A stretch of DNA of 64,000 nucleotides from a virus. This document shows positions 17,324 to 27,899 of this stretch, piece by piece; positions within the stretch are counted from its first letter, which is position 1, and each line of letters opens with the position of its first letter. The stretch is from positions 2,356 to 66,355 of IMG/VR virus record IMGVR_UViG_3300039208_000165, one strand, 5' to 3'. The notes below the pieces were generated by a model, which was not told where the DNA came from, did no database searches, and saw only the letters and a program-made list of their open reading frames with translations. A program made the translations under genes and the position numbers.

Positions 17324-17727
17324 TATGCAAATGCCTCCGCGGTAATCTCTACAGAAAAAGTACTATTATTAGTACCATCATTAGTGACCTTGAAGTACAG
17401 CTGATTAGAAGCCTCAAGGTCCTCATGAAACCATACATCGTTATCAACGAATGTTCCACTTGCGGTAGCCCTGTACTCCAACTGATTCTCTGCAAAGGAG
17501 GAGTTCTTGTAGAAGTCTACCTGAAACGCCTCGATTGTAGGATCAGTAGGGGTTACCTTTAGCTTGCGAACCAAGGATCTATTGTTGAATCCCGATTCAG
17601 TAATCTCTTCGTTATCACCCTCACCTTCTACAGTGATGGTGGTGAAGCTGATTGTCTGCTTGACAGGAAAAGCATTAAGCGTAATGAACTGACCAGACTG
17701 CTGGTCATAGACCTTTAGTTGTCCCAT
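17323..17727 (-). CDS. Small beta-rich virion protein (134 aa)
   Basis: TAATG-coupled on both sides; beta-sandwich-like composition. Confidence 0.7.
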   Translation of the reverse strand: MGQLKVYDQQSGQFITLNAFPVKQTISFTTITVEGEGDNEEITESGFNNRSLVRKLKVTPTDPTIEAFQVDFYKNSSFAENQLEYRATASGTFVDNDVWFHEDLEASNQLYFKVTNDGTNNSTFSVEITAEAFA

Positions 17728-18572
17728 TAAACTCCTCCTCCTGCTACGTCCTCGTCAAAGTTAGCGCTAGTAATGTCGGTCAGGGTGCCGTGATTACCAT
17801 TACCGGACTTGTCTTTAACACCGTCGGTACCGTCCGTATCTCCATCGTCGCCCAGTCTCCACCAAAGACGTAGATTGTCCGCACTAGTATAAAGACCACT
17901 GTTGATATTGTACTCAAACCCCGCCACACCATTATTATAGAGGGTTGTAATTTCATCCTGCGAGAGGGTAGAATCCCAGATAGCGAACTCGTCCGACTTA
18001 CCTACAGTAAAGTCATCCACACCCCCACTGTCCTGGGAATTCCAGGTCTTGCCCACAGTAATTAGCTGAGTTAGCCCAGTAATATTGGCATTAAGAATGT
18101 CGGTTGTTCCGCCCAGAACCCCATTAGCATAGACTTTGATGTTCTGGGAGCCCAGATTAGCGTCGTAAGTTCCGACAAAGAAATTCCAGTCCGTGGCCGT
18201 CAGCCCAGTAGCGGCGGCTCTATTTGCGCTATAGTTGTTGACCGCCCAAGAAATCTCCGAACTGGTCTGCCAATAGCACATAACTCCATTATTAGCAGCA
18301 CTAAAGCTATTGGAGGCTCCCCACACACAATCGTACAGACCAGGGCCCCCGTCTACAATATCCCACTTGTGCCAAATGGCAAAGGATATATTGGTGGTAA
18401 AAGTGCCTGCGTCCTGCAGAGCGGGTCCTTCCACATGCTCACTGGTATTAGAATCAAAGCGTAGCGAACGTTGATTCTGAAAATGAAAACCACTAGCTTT
18501 CGCCGCGTTTGGATCTACCAAACCCGTCGAACGATTTCCTGTCCCACCTCTACTCCTTACAGCACCTGGCAT
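17727..18572 (-). CDS. LamG/ConA-like lectin-domain protein (281 aa)
   Basis: WNFFVGTYD....IKVYANGVL, GK.DEFAIWD..LS.DEI..LYN.G, LRLWWRL.D...DKSGNGNHGT. Confidence 0.8.
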   Translation of the reverse strand: MPGAVRSRGGTGNRSTGLVDPNAAKASGFHFQNQRSLRFDSNTSEHVEGPALQDAGTFTTNISFAIWHKWDIVDGGPGLYDCVWGASNSFSAANNGVMCYWQTSSEISWAVNNYSANRAAATGLTATDWNFFVGTYDANLGSQNIKVYANGVLGGTTDILNANITGLTQLITVGKTWNSQDSGGVDDFTVGKSDEFAIWDSTLSQDEITTLYNNGVAGFEYNINSGLYTSADNLRLWWRLGDDGDTDGTDGVKDKSGNGNHGTLTDITSANFDEDVAGGGV

Positions 18573-18934
18573 TAGCTAATCCTGTTCACATGTCCACCGA
18601 TATTCACACCGCTGACAGAAGCAGAGGGGTGCGTGGAGTATGCGCGTATACTCAAACCGCCGGCAATGGTCTCACCCGCAACAAGAAGCTGACGACCATT
18701 GGCGGGGGACATACCTACCTGATTAATATCTGCAACATCGTCCGTTCCACCCCACTCGATAGCTACTGTGGCAGAAGCTCCCGTGTTGTTGGTTCCCCAA
18801 AGCCATACCTCGTCCTTCTCGCCAGCCGTGCTGGTGGCAGTGTGAATCAGAGTGCCTGGGGTTCCACTGGTGGTAACGTTGATGTACCGTCCATTGGTAC
18901 TCTCTGATAGAAATTCTCTACTGATTGGGGTCAT
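18572..18934 (-). CDS. Small phage virion protein (120 aa)
   Basis: LSESTNGR.I...T..GTLIHTA...DEVWLW.TN...IEWGG...HVNRI resembles a small protein family I recall from phage metagenomes (not verified). GGAG SD. Confidence 0.7.
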   Translation of the reverse strand: MTPISREFLSESTNGRYINVTTSGTPGTLIHTATSTAGEKDEVWLWGTNNTGASATVAIEWGGTDDVADINQVGMSPANGRQLLVAGETIAGGLSIRAYSTHPSASVSGVNIGGHVNRIS

Positions 18935-18943
18935 AATAATCTC

Positions 18944-21900
18944 CTATAGTGTTGGTAGCGGGATCAATCTACCATGGCCCGCAAGTGAATCCGATGTTAC
19001 ACCGGACGCCACAGCAAAGAAGTCAATCTTACCTGTGGACGTGAATGTTTTATTACTGTTCAGCCCAAACCCGATAGATGCCGGGGTAAATCCAATGGGA
19101 GTAGTTCTTCTAAGCTCGGACCAAGTAATGCCGTCAATAGAATAGGCAAAAATTACTCTATCATCCGAGGTTCGGTACCACAATCTAACCCAAAGATTCT
19201 CCCTAACGCGGCCGCCGATCTCTGAACCAGCAGTTCTAGAGTTATAATCTGACCACTCGGAAGCTTCGAAGATAGCCCAATCTGTACTGGTAGGAGCAAG
19301 ACCATCCCAATGCAAGCTCATAGCTGCCAGATTAGCAGTAGTAGGACTACTACCCAAGTCCTCAGCAATGAAGATTCCCATAGTATTTTCCTCACCGCCC
19401 GCTGAGCCATCAAAAATACCTCTACGAATAGAAACTCGAGCAGTGATGGTGAAATCCCCTGCGGGAGCGGCCTGGTAGTATCCGAGCCAGCCTCCTGTAG
19501 TAGTCCCATCATGAATGACCTGCATAATATTCGTATCGTAAGGTTGTCGGGGCTCAGAGCCGTCGTACATAACAGCGGTCTTGCCGTTATTAGCATGCGC
19601 AACCCCATCAACATCCCACAGAGACCACTTACCCGAGTCAATCAGATGCGTTCCGGTCAGGGTAGGGTTGCCAGAATTATCATCGAACCAATCAGACTTA
19701 GGATGTACAGTAGGAGGCTTAGCAGAAGGGTTAAGATAAAGTCCTTCATAGGAAAAACTAGAACCCTCGCCTCCGATATCGACAGGGACTCCCGAGACAG
19801 TCAGCGTCTGGTCAAACGTACCACTGACCGCAGCAATCTCATTCAGCGCTACAGGCTCACTGTCCTCAACTACCTCAACAGAGAAGAAGTTGAGACGGTT
19901 GGCCGAAGCAGAGGGGAGGGTACTTAAGGTACCCGCAGCGCTGCTGCGTAAACGGAGACCGTAGTACTCACCAGGAACCACGTTGATTACAGGACTGACA
20001 GCCAACTGTGCGGTAGGCTCGTCAGCACCGTTAGCGACACCCGGACCCTGCACAAAGACCTCTACCCGATCAGCGGCGGCAGCAGCATCAGGGAAGCGAA
20101 CAACCTGAATCAAGCGCTCAGTACCCTCCGCAGAGGGCTCGTCATCGTCCCAAGTAATACCGGCTTTGAGGATTACACGGGAGACGCCCGCAGGGATAAG
20201 GATTCTAGAGTCCGTAGCCTTAAAACCTTCGGTGTCGTAAGTCGTGACGTCCCAAGGATGCTCAACCACGACGCTCTCTGCACAGTCCACGCCGGAAGTA
20301 GTGGTGTACAGGGCACCGCGAAACTGCTGCTTACCAGTAATGTTTGGTCCAGGCATGGGGGCAGGGTCAACCACCTCCAACCTCATACCAATGCCGTCCC
20401 CAATAGCTCGGGTGTTTACGGTAGCACTTCCGCCGTGGTCTCGGTGAAAGAGATTGAGCTTAATCTCATCTCCCTCCTCCACATCAATAAGCGCAGAGGT
20501 CTCCATGGCAGTTTCTTGGGCAACGGGCGTATCATAGACAGTTCGCTGCCGGATAAGAGACTGGAATGAGTCCGAACCGCCTCTAATTCTTCTCAGACTC
20601 AGGGTGTAGGTGGACTCATCAAAGCTTACATTATCGTCGTCCCAGTTAATATTAGCGTCAACTCTTACCTTCTTGACGTTAGCCGGAATAGTCATTCCGT
20701 CGTGACCATTAAAGAAACCGTCGGTGTCGAAGATTACCTTATCATATACCATACGAACTGTGGTGTCATCTGCTACAGCAACGCCAGAGGTCGTAGAGAT
20801 ATGAGCACCACGGAACCCAGGAGAGAAGGCCCCGCCGCTTATTGTAATGGTGTTACCGTCAGTGATCGTGTTCACCCCAGAGGTGCCAGTAATTGTCACC
20901 GACGGTCCCGTAGCGGAGGTGTTGATGTCAGTAATGGTTCCGGCCCCGCCGCCAGCACCAATATTAACCGGAACGCCGGATACGGTCAAAGATTGGGAAA
21001 AAGTACCGCTAACCGCGGCGAACTCGTCAATCTGGAAAGACTCGTTAGTCTCTACAGCCTCTACCTGAATCCAAGTGGCATTAGCTGTTCTAATATCTAC
21101 GTTGCCTCCCGAATTCTGGTAAGCATCCACCCTAATGGTATCTCCGGGAGAAACCTCTACGGCACCACTGTGCCTACCAACTGAATGCAGAGTGGCATCA
21201 TTAGGAGCGTCTATGGAATTAAACCCAGTACCGGGACGAGAAGAGCCATTAAATAGCGTATTGTGGGACCTTACACCTAAAGTAGAGTCGTTCCGCCACA
21301 GCAAGTTGTATGTGACGTTAACTTTAGTAACACCTTCGGGCACAATAAATTGATTGTTAGTAAGATCAACCCAGCCGTGAGTATCGTATACCGTCTGGTC
21401 AAAAGTAACGTCCACTGTGGTGTCGTTGGCCACTACCTGGTCGGTAGTCTTTCTAACCAGTGCGCCGTTAAATGCCTTCTTACCCGTAAGTCCGGGCACA
21501 GGGGCAGGGTCTAGGACCTGCAGAGTGAAGAATACCTGACTATCCGCGGGCTGGATCTCAGCCGGTGAGGAGAGTGCATTCTCAGAACGGGACATGACAT
21601 GGTACTCGTCACCCTCTAACACCTCAATGGGCCCTGAAGCTGTATTCATGAGATGTGTGGCGGCATCATCATTAGCGTTGATTCGGGTACCACCAAACGT
21701 AAAGGTACTTCCATCACGTACTCTCTGAATAAATACAGCACGTTCACCGCCTGCATCTACGTTGTATCTAATATTAGTTAACAGATCGATCTTCCTAATT
21801 CCTGCTGGGATCTTGAAGGTAGCTACATTATCAGGGTTATGAAATCCATCTGTATCGTACTCGACCGTGTCCCAAGGCAAGATGGTACTCACGTCATTAG

Positions 21901-22195
21901 GGACATCGATCCCGGAAGAGGTAGTCAGTCGAGCACCTCGGTATCCGGGAGAGAACTGACCAGCCCCGCTGATAGTAACAGTATTACCCTCAGTGATGGT
22001 GTTTATACCCCCGGTGCCTGTAACAGTAATGGAGGGCCCAGACTGGTTGTTGATGTCTGTGATGTTACCGGCACCGCCTCCGGGCCCGATATTAACCGGA
22101 ATTCCCGACACCGTGACAGAATCAAAGACGCCAGATACCGTGGTGACGGCCCCGCTAACAGTTATGTCTGTATTAAACAACTTATTGGGTGACAT
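18944..22195 (-). CDS. Modular tail-fibre/adhesin: 4 C1q-like domains + 1 ConA-like domain (1083 aa)
   Basis: Four [FY]RGA/FNGA...WD...YDT.G[FW]...IP.G domains separated by LTVSGVPV..GGG and ITDIN..GPS linkers, then a C-terminal W..WD..G...GDFTITAR domain. Confidence 0.75.
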   Translation of the reverse strand: MSPNKLFNTDITVSGAVTTVSGVFDSVTVSGIPVNIGPGGGAGNITDINNQSGPSITVTGTGGINTITEGNTVTISGAGQFSPGYRGARLTTSSGIDVPNDVSTILPWDTVEYDTDGFHNPDNVATFKIPAGIRKIDLLTNIRYNVDAGGERAVFIQRVRDGSTFTFGGTRINANDDAATHLMNTASGPIEVLEGDEYHVMSRSENALSSPAEIQPADSQVFFTLQVLDPAPVPGLTGKKAFNGALVRKTTDQVVANDTTVDVTFDQTVYDTHGWVDLTNNQFIVPEGVTKVNVTYNLLWRNDSTLGVRSHNTLFNGSSRPGTGFNSIDAPNDATLHSVGRHSGAVEVSPGDTIRVDAYQNSGGNVDIRTANATWIQVEAVETNESFQIDEFAAVSGTFSQSLTVSGVPVNIGAGGGAGTITDINTSATGPSVTITGTSGVNTITDGNTITISGGAFSPGFRGAHISTTSGVAVADDTTVRMVYDKVIFDTDGFFNGHDGMTIPANVKKVRVDANINWDDDNVSFDESTYTLSLRRIRGGSDSFQSLIRQRTVYDTPVAQETAMETSALIDVEEGDEIKLNLFHRDHGGSATVNTRAIGDGIGMRLEVVDPAPMPGPNITGKQQFRGALYTTTSGVDCAESVVVEHPWDVTTYDTEGFKATDSRILIPAGVSRVILKAGITWDDDEPSAEGTERLIQVVRFPDAAAAADRVEVFVQGPGVANGADEPTAQLAVSPVINVVPGEYYGLRLRSSAAGTLSTLPSASANRLNFFSVEVVEDSEPVALNEIAAVSGTFDQTLTVSGVPVDIGGEGSSFSYEGLYLNPSAKPPTVHPKSDWFDDNSGNPTLTGTHLIDSGKWSLWDVDGVAHANNGKTAVMYDGSEPRQPYDTNIMQVIHDGTTTGGWLGYYQAAPAGDFTITARVSIRRGIFDGSAGGEENTMGIFIAEDLGSSPTTANLAAMSLHWDGLAPTSTDWAIFEASEWSDYNSRTAGSEIGGRVRENLWVRLWYRTSDDRVIFAYSIDGITWSELRRTTPIGFTPASIGFGLNSNKTFTSTGKIDFFAVASGVTSDSLAGHGRLIPLPTL

Positions 22196-22204
22196 CTATA
22201 CTCC

Positions 22205-25200
22205 TTATCCCATTACAATTGCGGAGCCGGATTGGGACTCGCTAAAGGTTACCGTGTCAGTATTCTCACCATACTGAATGGTGGCATCAATTACATAGTT
22301 GTTGTCGTCCAGGATAGTAATCATGTGGACGATGCTTCCGATGTTGTGGGTCACGGAGACCGTGGTCTGGTCTGTAAACATCTGCTGGTACTTAGTTACA
22401 CCAGAACCACCACCGGACCCGATATTAACAGGCACGCCCGATACTGTCAAGGACTCATTAAACGTACCCGAAACAGCAGTGAATTCATCAATCTGGAAGG
22501 AAGAGTTAGTCTCTACTGCCTCGATCTGGATAAAGGTAGAATTGTTAGTAACAACGTCCAAGGACCCACCACTGTTCTGGTAAGTAAGCGCCTTTATGAC
22601 ATCCCCTGCCTGAACAGGGAATACACCTGTAAGTACGTGCGGAACGTCCGAAGTGCCTCCCACAGGAAGCATGCGGGAGAAGCCACGCCCAACCGGGGCC
22701 AAGTCATTAACCGAGAACCAGAGCTGACGATACCCGGTCTGGCTAACGTCCTGCTGGTAAACCACAGTGACATTAACTCTAACCTTGGTAACACCCTCGG
22801 GCACCACGATGGATGAGCTAGGACCATCGACCCAGCCGTCCGTATCGTACCAAGGGCTTACAGGCTCAGCCCAAACCAGCTCTGTGTTAGTAGCGTTGCT
22901 GATAGACTGATTAGCATCAAGAGCAAGTAGGGCACCATTGAACTTCTGCTTACCTACAAATCCTGGGGTCGGGGCCGGATCGACAACCTCAAGAGCGAAC
23001 ACCGCAATATTAGTATTTGGATTCGTGGTGAGGGTGACTCCAGATTCCTGACGTAGTCCGGGGGTAATGATGTCACCCTCCGAAACATCGATAACACCAC
23101 TCTCCGCTCTCTGCACAGTTTCACTTGTGGGGCTAGCCGCTATCCTACTACTAGAAACAGAAGTTCCATTCAAACTAGCAAAAGCTGTTCTCTCTCCAGT
23201 GGAGTTTTCTGGCCAAGCCACTGTGTACAGAACCTTGACCTTGTTGATTCCCGCAGGAATTACAAATCTACCCTGGTGGTCAACGTCAAAGAAACCGTCG
23301 GTGTCATAGTTTACCTGATCAAACGGGATAGCCCCAGTACCTAGGAAAACTGTGGTATTGTGAGGAATATCAATTCCACTAGTACTGGTTACCTCGGCTC
23401 CTCGGAACCCAGGCATATAGGTTCCCAGACCGCTGACCGTAATTGTGTTACCCTCGGTTACAGTACTAATCCCTCCCGCACCTGTGATAGTTACGGAAGG
23501 GCCTGTGGCAACGGTGTTAATGTCCGTAATTGTGCCAGCACCGCCTCCTGCGCCAATGTTAACTGGGACACCAGAGACCGTTAGAGACTCAGTAAAGGTG
23601 CCGCTAATAGAGGTAAATTCCGTACCACTTACGGCTACCGGATTAGCTCTCTCGATAGAGAACCAAGAAGAGGAGTTAAGGGTAGCGTCAGTAACATCCA
23701 AAGCACCGCCCGAGTCCTGGAACACCAGAACTCTAAACGTGTCTCCGGGGGCAGCCGAAATACTAAGAGTATCTGTCTGCTGAGTAAGATGTCCCGCGCT
23801 AGTAACGCCATGGTCTGTACGGTGAAGCTTACCATCCATGATGGAAGCACCGTTCTTCTGGAACTGAACAACACGGCGGCCTGCGGTGGTAGAAGCATTC
23901 CATACCATCTGTGCCTGCAACTTAACGTGGGTAATCCCTATTCCTTCCGGAACAGTAAGGATAGTGTTGTCTGATCCCAAATCAACATATCCATCGGTGT
24001 CGGAAACCAGCTCATCCCACTGGACGATATAGTTAGTAACATTAGCAACGCTTTGATTTGCGTCAAGTCTAACCGTAGCACCGGAAAAACCATCAACTGC
24101 TATAGCAGAAGTGATAGGGCTGCCGTCCACGATCAGAGACGGGGTCTGCACCTTGTCTCCATCAATCCATACGGTACCGCTACCTACCTGGAGAGATTCG
24201 GTGAACTTACCACTACCAGTTACCTGGAAGTCTACGTTACCGTCATACTCATCCCCTGTGATATGCAAGGGTTTACCTGCGACAGTAGTGATTGTACCAT
24301 CACCATTGTCGTATGCGTCTTGTAGGGTATCAGTAGAACCTCCCCCACCGCCTCCTGAAATCTGAGAGCCGCTGGCCGTAGGATCAGTCTCCACATACAT
24401 AAACCCAGCAGGTACCGGACGTACCGTACCTCCGACGTCGTGACCACGGAAGAAATTAAATACCGCCCCCGTAACAAAACCACCTTCCTCCATCATACCA
24501 AGACCGAAGGCGTCGAAAGTGGTCATGGAAGTATCTCCACCACGGTCGACCCCGGCTACCTGATACCAATCCTCTCCCGTAAAGCTGTAATGGATATCCC
24601 ACCGGTCCAAACTACCGGACCCAAACCAGGTAACATTGAGATAAAGGCCGTCTACATTAGCAGCGTCGAAATCGGCAACCGTGGCACTGACTTGGGTCGG
24701 AGATGTATCAGTATAACTGGTAAACTCCCAAGCTCCGATCTCAAATGTCGGAACATCAGCGATACGACGCATCCTAGTACCTAGAAGTAGAATATTAGAG
24801 GTAGTGGGGGCGTCCTTATCTTCCAGATAGATAATACCCTGGAAAGTTTCTACCTGCGTCTGGCTTCCAATTGCATTGGCCACACGAGTATACAACGCGT
24901 GACGCTCTGTAATAGCCGGAGACTCCTGATAAATACCTACAACTTCCTCAGCACCCGTCGGGTCATTGCCCGTGCGAAGACGGACTCTATCCTGACCATC
25001 AATTAAAGGAGGATCTTCGGTAAGATTAGAGCCTGGATCAAAAACAGTCCAACGCCCAGTATCAATGGGATCGTCTTCATTACCGATGAAGTTGTCGTCA
25101 TAAAGGACGCCGTCGATCAGAGTTCCCGTTGCGGGGAGAAGTGGGTTGTAAACACGAGCGGGCTCAAGGAACCTCTGAGAGGAACCGCCTCCGCCACTTG

Positions 25201-25375
25201 TACCGGTAGCAACAGGCTGCCCTGAAACAGTAAGCTGGGTGAAATCCCATGCCCCGGTGATATTCTGATCAGAAGTAGGATCAAAGGAAGAACCAGTTCC
25301 CGCAGCCGCAGGTACAGAGTATACGCGAGCACCGTTGACGGGAATTCTAGATTGGGTGATAACACCCCCCCTCAA
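22205..25375 (-). CDS. Modular tail-fibre/adhesin, 3' part (1056-aa ORF; probably the frameshifted continuation of 25347-27863)
   Basis: One ConA-like and three C1q-like domains plus a C-terminal THNIG domain. It has only a TTG start with no convincing SD and begins with a module that is internal in the 1982-aa fibre. Confidence 0.7.
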   Translation of the reverse strand: MRGGVITQSRIPVNGARVYSVPAAAGTGSSFDPTSDQNITGAWDFTQLTVSGQPVATGTSGGGGSSQRFLEPARVYNPLLPATGTLIDGVLYDDNFIGNEDDPIDTGRWTVFDPGSNLTEDPPLIDGQDRVRLRTGNDPTGAEEVVGIYQESPAITERHALYTRVANAIGSQTQVETFQGIIYLEDKDAPTTSNILLLGTRMRRIADVPTFEIGAWEFTSYTDTSPTQVSATVADFDAANVDGLYLNVTWFGSGSLDRWDIHYSFTGEDWYQVAGVDRGGDTSMTTFDAFGLGMMEEGGFVTGAVFNFFRGHDVGGTVRPVPAGFMYVETDPTASGSQISGGGGGGSTDTLQDAYDNGDGTITTVAGKPLHITGDEYDGNVDFQVTGSGKFTESLQVGSGTVWIDGDKVQTPSLIVDGSPITSAIAVDGFSGATVRLDANQSVANVTNYIVQWDELVSDTDGYVDLGSDNTILTVPEGIGITHVKLQAQMVWNASTTAGRRVVQFQKNGASIMDGKLHRTDHGVTSAGHLTQQTDTLSISAAPGDTFRVLVFQDSGGALDVTDATLNSSSWFSIERANPVAVSGTEFTSISGTFTESLTVSGVPVNIGAGGGAGTITDINTVATGPSVTITGAGGISTVTEGNTITVSGLGTYMPGFRGAEVTSTSGIDIPHNTTVFLGTGAIPFDQVNYDTDGFFDVDHQGRFVIPAGINKVKVLYTVAWPENSTGERTAFASLNGTSVSSSRIAASPTSETVQRAESGVIDVSEGDIITPGLRQESGVTLTTNPNTNIAVFALEVVDPAPTPGFVGKQKFNGALLALDANQSISNATNTELVWAEPVSPWYDTDGWVDGPSSSIVVPEGVTKVRVNVTVVYQQDVSQTGYRQLWFSVNDLAPVGRGFSRMLPVGGTSDVPHVLTGVFPVQAGDVIKALTYQNSGGSLDVVTNNSTFIQIEAVETNSSFQIDEFTAVSGTFNESLTVSGVPVNIGSGGGSGVTKYQQMFTDQTTVSVTHNIGSIVHMITILDDNNYVIDATIQYGENTDTVTFSESQSGSAIVMG

Positions 25376-27863
25376 TATCTCTATTGTTACCCTTCCGGAA
25401 TCGGAAATGGCTAAATCGGGTTAACCAGCCCCCACTTACATCCTCGCCGCGGCCAACAATACCGACCACGTGCGGAGTAAAGTTTAGAGTACCACTAGCT
25501 ATCTGAGGCTGAGTAACAATACTAAAAGCCCTACCATCAGTAGAATAAAGAGCAGAATATTGATTACTAAGACCGTCATACATGATCCGAAGATGCATGT
25601 CGGTTTGGAGAGGTCCGCTAGAATCCGTAGTAGAACTGTTGGTAGTAATGGCGTCATTATAATCCACGCCATTAGTAGACCAGCGGATTTGATATTGTGA
25701 GTTGTTCTCGGAACCTAAACTGGCGTTATTCTCTAGAGCAACGTAGATGAACTTCTCTGTGGTGGGACTACTAATTAAGTCACCACCAATGATTACTCCA
25801 CCCAAACCCCGGATATCGTGACGCTCTGCCATAGAAACATGAACATCAAACCAATAAGACTGCCCTCCCGAAGTGGTAGCAGCCATATCTGCGAGGGGAC
25901 GAATATAACCATTCCAGGTCGGTGTAGCGTTACCGACGTGGCTAAAACCAAAACCAGCCTCGCTCACACCCTCACCGTACTGGTTTCTCATCCGTAAATT
26001 GCCGCCCGGATCCCACTGCGTCCAAACAGGATCAGGGTCTAAAGTAAAGGCTTCACCATCGGCGTCATCAGTGAACTGGTCGAACTCGTCGTCAAACGGG
26101 CTCGGGTATGTTGGAGGAGCCATGGGGTCAAAATAACCACCGGAAGCAGTGGTAGAACCACCGCCGCTCCCGCCTTCTAGCGGAACAGGTACTCCAGAAA
26201 TAGTCAAAGAATCTGTTACGTTAATTGTTCCAATTGTAAGAGGATCTTCTACTCCCCCACCTCCGCCGGTAGGATCAATGTAGTTACCCAGAATCGGAAT
26301 ACCTCTACTCCCCGAACCAAGGAACCTAGGATCGATGCGGAAGAACTTAGCAGTGAAGTTATTCAACGAGGAAGAGTTAGCATTGTTCGCAATAATACCA
26401 ATCTGATCTATATCAAAAGGAAGAGGGTATGGGTACCAAGAGAAAGTACCCCACCCATACCCGTCGAAAGAGTAATGAAGATCAAAGGAATCATTGTTAC
26501 CGTCCCGTGCTGAAATCTTCAGGAACACCCCGGGATACATGAGATCGCCGCCGTCCGTGATGATGTCAGTATTAGAAGGGGTCTCATCATCCCAATCATC
26601 AAAGGTCTCTCTAACAATAGAGAACCCAGTGCTATCTGCCAACAGGCCCATAAAGACAAAATCGGTGGTTCCCGGATTACCTGCCACATCATCAAAGAGG
26701 CCGAAGCCTACTCGAAGACTGCGTCCTGCAGATAGAGTGTCAGTACTTCCAATACTTACGTAAGTAATAGCCTCCCACAAGGACTCTGTAGGGATGTCTT
26801 TGTAAATACCAAAGAACTGAATATCACCAGTCGAGGTGTTACCAAAATTAGACATCCGGAGACCGCCGCCGTCAGCATGCGTCTCAATAATAGAAGCCTG
26901 TCCGCCCTCATCCCATACAGACCAGCCGCCCTGGGCAAGAGTACCAGTCACAGCTACTCCGGCTACGAACTCATCGTCATACTGAGTACCGGAAGCGGGG
27001 GCAAGGAAGGGGCTCCAGACGGTTCCAGAAGAAGGAATCTGACCAATGCCTCCGCCCCCGGACCCGCCAGTAGCAAAATCCAGCGTAATAGAACCGCCAC
27101 CTTCATCAGTCAGGGACCCTGGCGGAACATTAATAACTGAAACTCCAGAAACTACAGGGTCCCCGTCGGTCTCTTGTACCGTTAGAGGGGAAGTCCCCAC
27201 AGCATAGCCCTCGATAGAGAAAGAGCTTTGATCGAAATCCGAATCGATAGTGGCCTGAGTAGCGGCGGCCAGTACCTCAAATCTATCGCCTGCAGAAACA
27301 GGGATTAGGGGAGATACCACTTGCTGTAAGTGAGAAGTAGTGAATCCCACAGTCCTCTTGTCTGCAACAGAGGGTGTCAATGTTGCAGCGTCACCGTCGA
27401 CGATGGCGACAGTTGTAGTATTGGTGGCCGTTGCGGGGTCCCACCTAACCTGGGCAAGAATTCTTACATGAGTAATTCCCAAACCAGCAGGAACTACTAA
27501 CTCGTCGTTAGCTAGATCTGCCCAGGAATCTGTATCATAAACTACTTCTTGCCAAGTTACTCGGGCATTTGAGGGATTAACCTGATCGTTACCGGTAAGC
27601 TTACGGAGCTTAGCAGCAGAAACCATATTACTTACGGCCCCGCCGCCTCCGGACCCGCCCTCAAGAGGCACTGGTACTCCAGAGATGGTCAAGGAGTCGG
27701 AAAATACACCAGAAGCCAAAACTAACGGATCAGGGATAGCTCCGCCCACAGGGCTGTCAGTAGTTAGAACTGGAGCCCCAGACAGCGTTACGGAATCCGT
27801 AAAGATTCCGGACGGTACAGTCAGAGTTCCAACTACATTTAGATCCGCATTATGTTGTGCCAT
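25347..27863 (-). CDS. Modular tail-fibre/adhesin, 5' part (838 aa)
   Basis: ATG with GAGG SD; one C1q-like and two YDDEF/FDDEF...W..WD.GG ConA-like domains; ends 6 codons after a G7 run. Confidence 0.75.
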   Translation of the reverse strand: MAQHNADLNVVGTLTVPSGIFTDSVTLSGAPVLTTDSPVGGAIPDPLVLASGVFSDSLTISGVPVPLEGGSGGGGAVSNMVSAAKLRKLTGNDQVNPSNARVTWQEVVYDTDSWADLANDELVVPAGLGITHVRILAQVRWDPATATNTTTVAIVDGDAATLTPSVADKRTVGFTTSHLQQVVSPLIPVSAGDRFEVLAAATQATIDSDFDQSSFSIEGYAVGTSPLTVQETDGDPVVSGVSVINVPPGSLTDEGGGSITLDFATGGSGGGGIGQIPSSGTVWSPFLAPASGTQYDDEFVAGVAVTGTLAQGGWSVWDEGGQASIIETHADGGGLRMSNFGNTSTGDIQFFGIYKDIPTESLWEAITYVSIGSTDTLSAGRSLRVGFGLFDDVAGNPGTTDFVFMGLLADSTGFSIVRETFDDWDDETPSNTDIITDGGDLMYPGVFLKISARDGNNDSFDLHYSFDGYGWGTFSWYPYPLPFDIDQIGIIANNANSSSLNNFTAKFFRIDPRFLGSGSRGIPILGNYIDPTGGGGGVEDPLTIGTINVTDSLTISGVPVPLEGGSGGGSTTASGGYFDPMAPPTYPSPFDDEFDQFTDDADGEAFTLDPDPVWTQWDPGGNLRMRNQYGEGVSEAGFGFSHVGNATPTWNGYIRPLADMAATTSGGQSYWFDVHVSMAERHDIRGLGGVIIGGDLISSPTTEKFIYVALENNASLGSENNSQYQIRWSTNGVDYNDAITTNSSTTDSSGPLQTDMHLRIMYDGLSNQYSALYSTDGRAFSIVTQPQIASGTLNFTPHVVGIVGRGEDVSGGWLTRFSHFRFRKGNNRDIEGGCYHPI
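25365..25371 (-). repeat. G7 homopolymer (C7 on + strand) at the junction of two fibre ORFs
   Basis: TTGA-GGGGGGG-TGTT. Losing one G, or a +1 shift, joins the 838- and 1056-aa frames. Confidence 0.85.
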
Positions 27864-27873
27864 TAGTCCTCTT

Positions 27874-27895
27874 TAGGTGGAGGTATGTCCACCTA
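27874..27895. repeat. Inverted repeat TAGGTGGA-GGTATG-TCCACCTA
   Basis: Perfect 8-bp stem in the 66-bp intergenic gap, directly upstream of the GAGG SD of the 838-aa gene. Confidence 0.75.
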
Positions 27896-27899
27896 CCTA

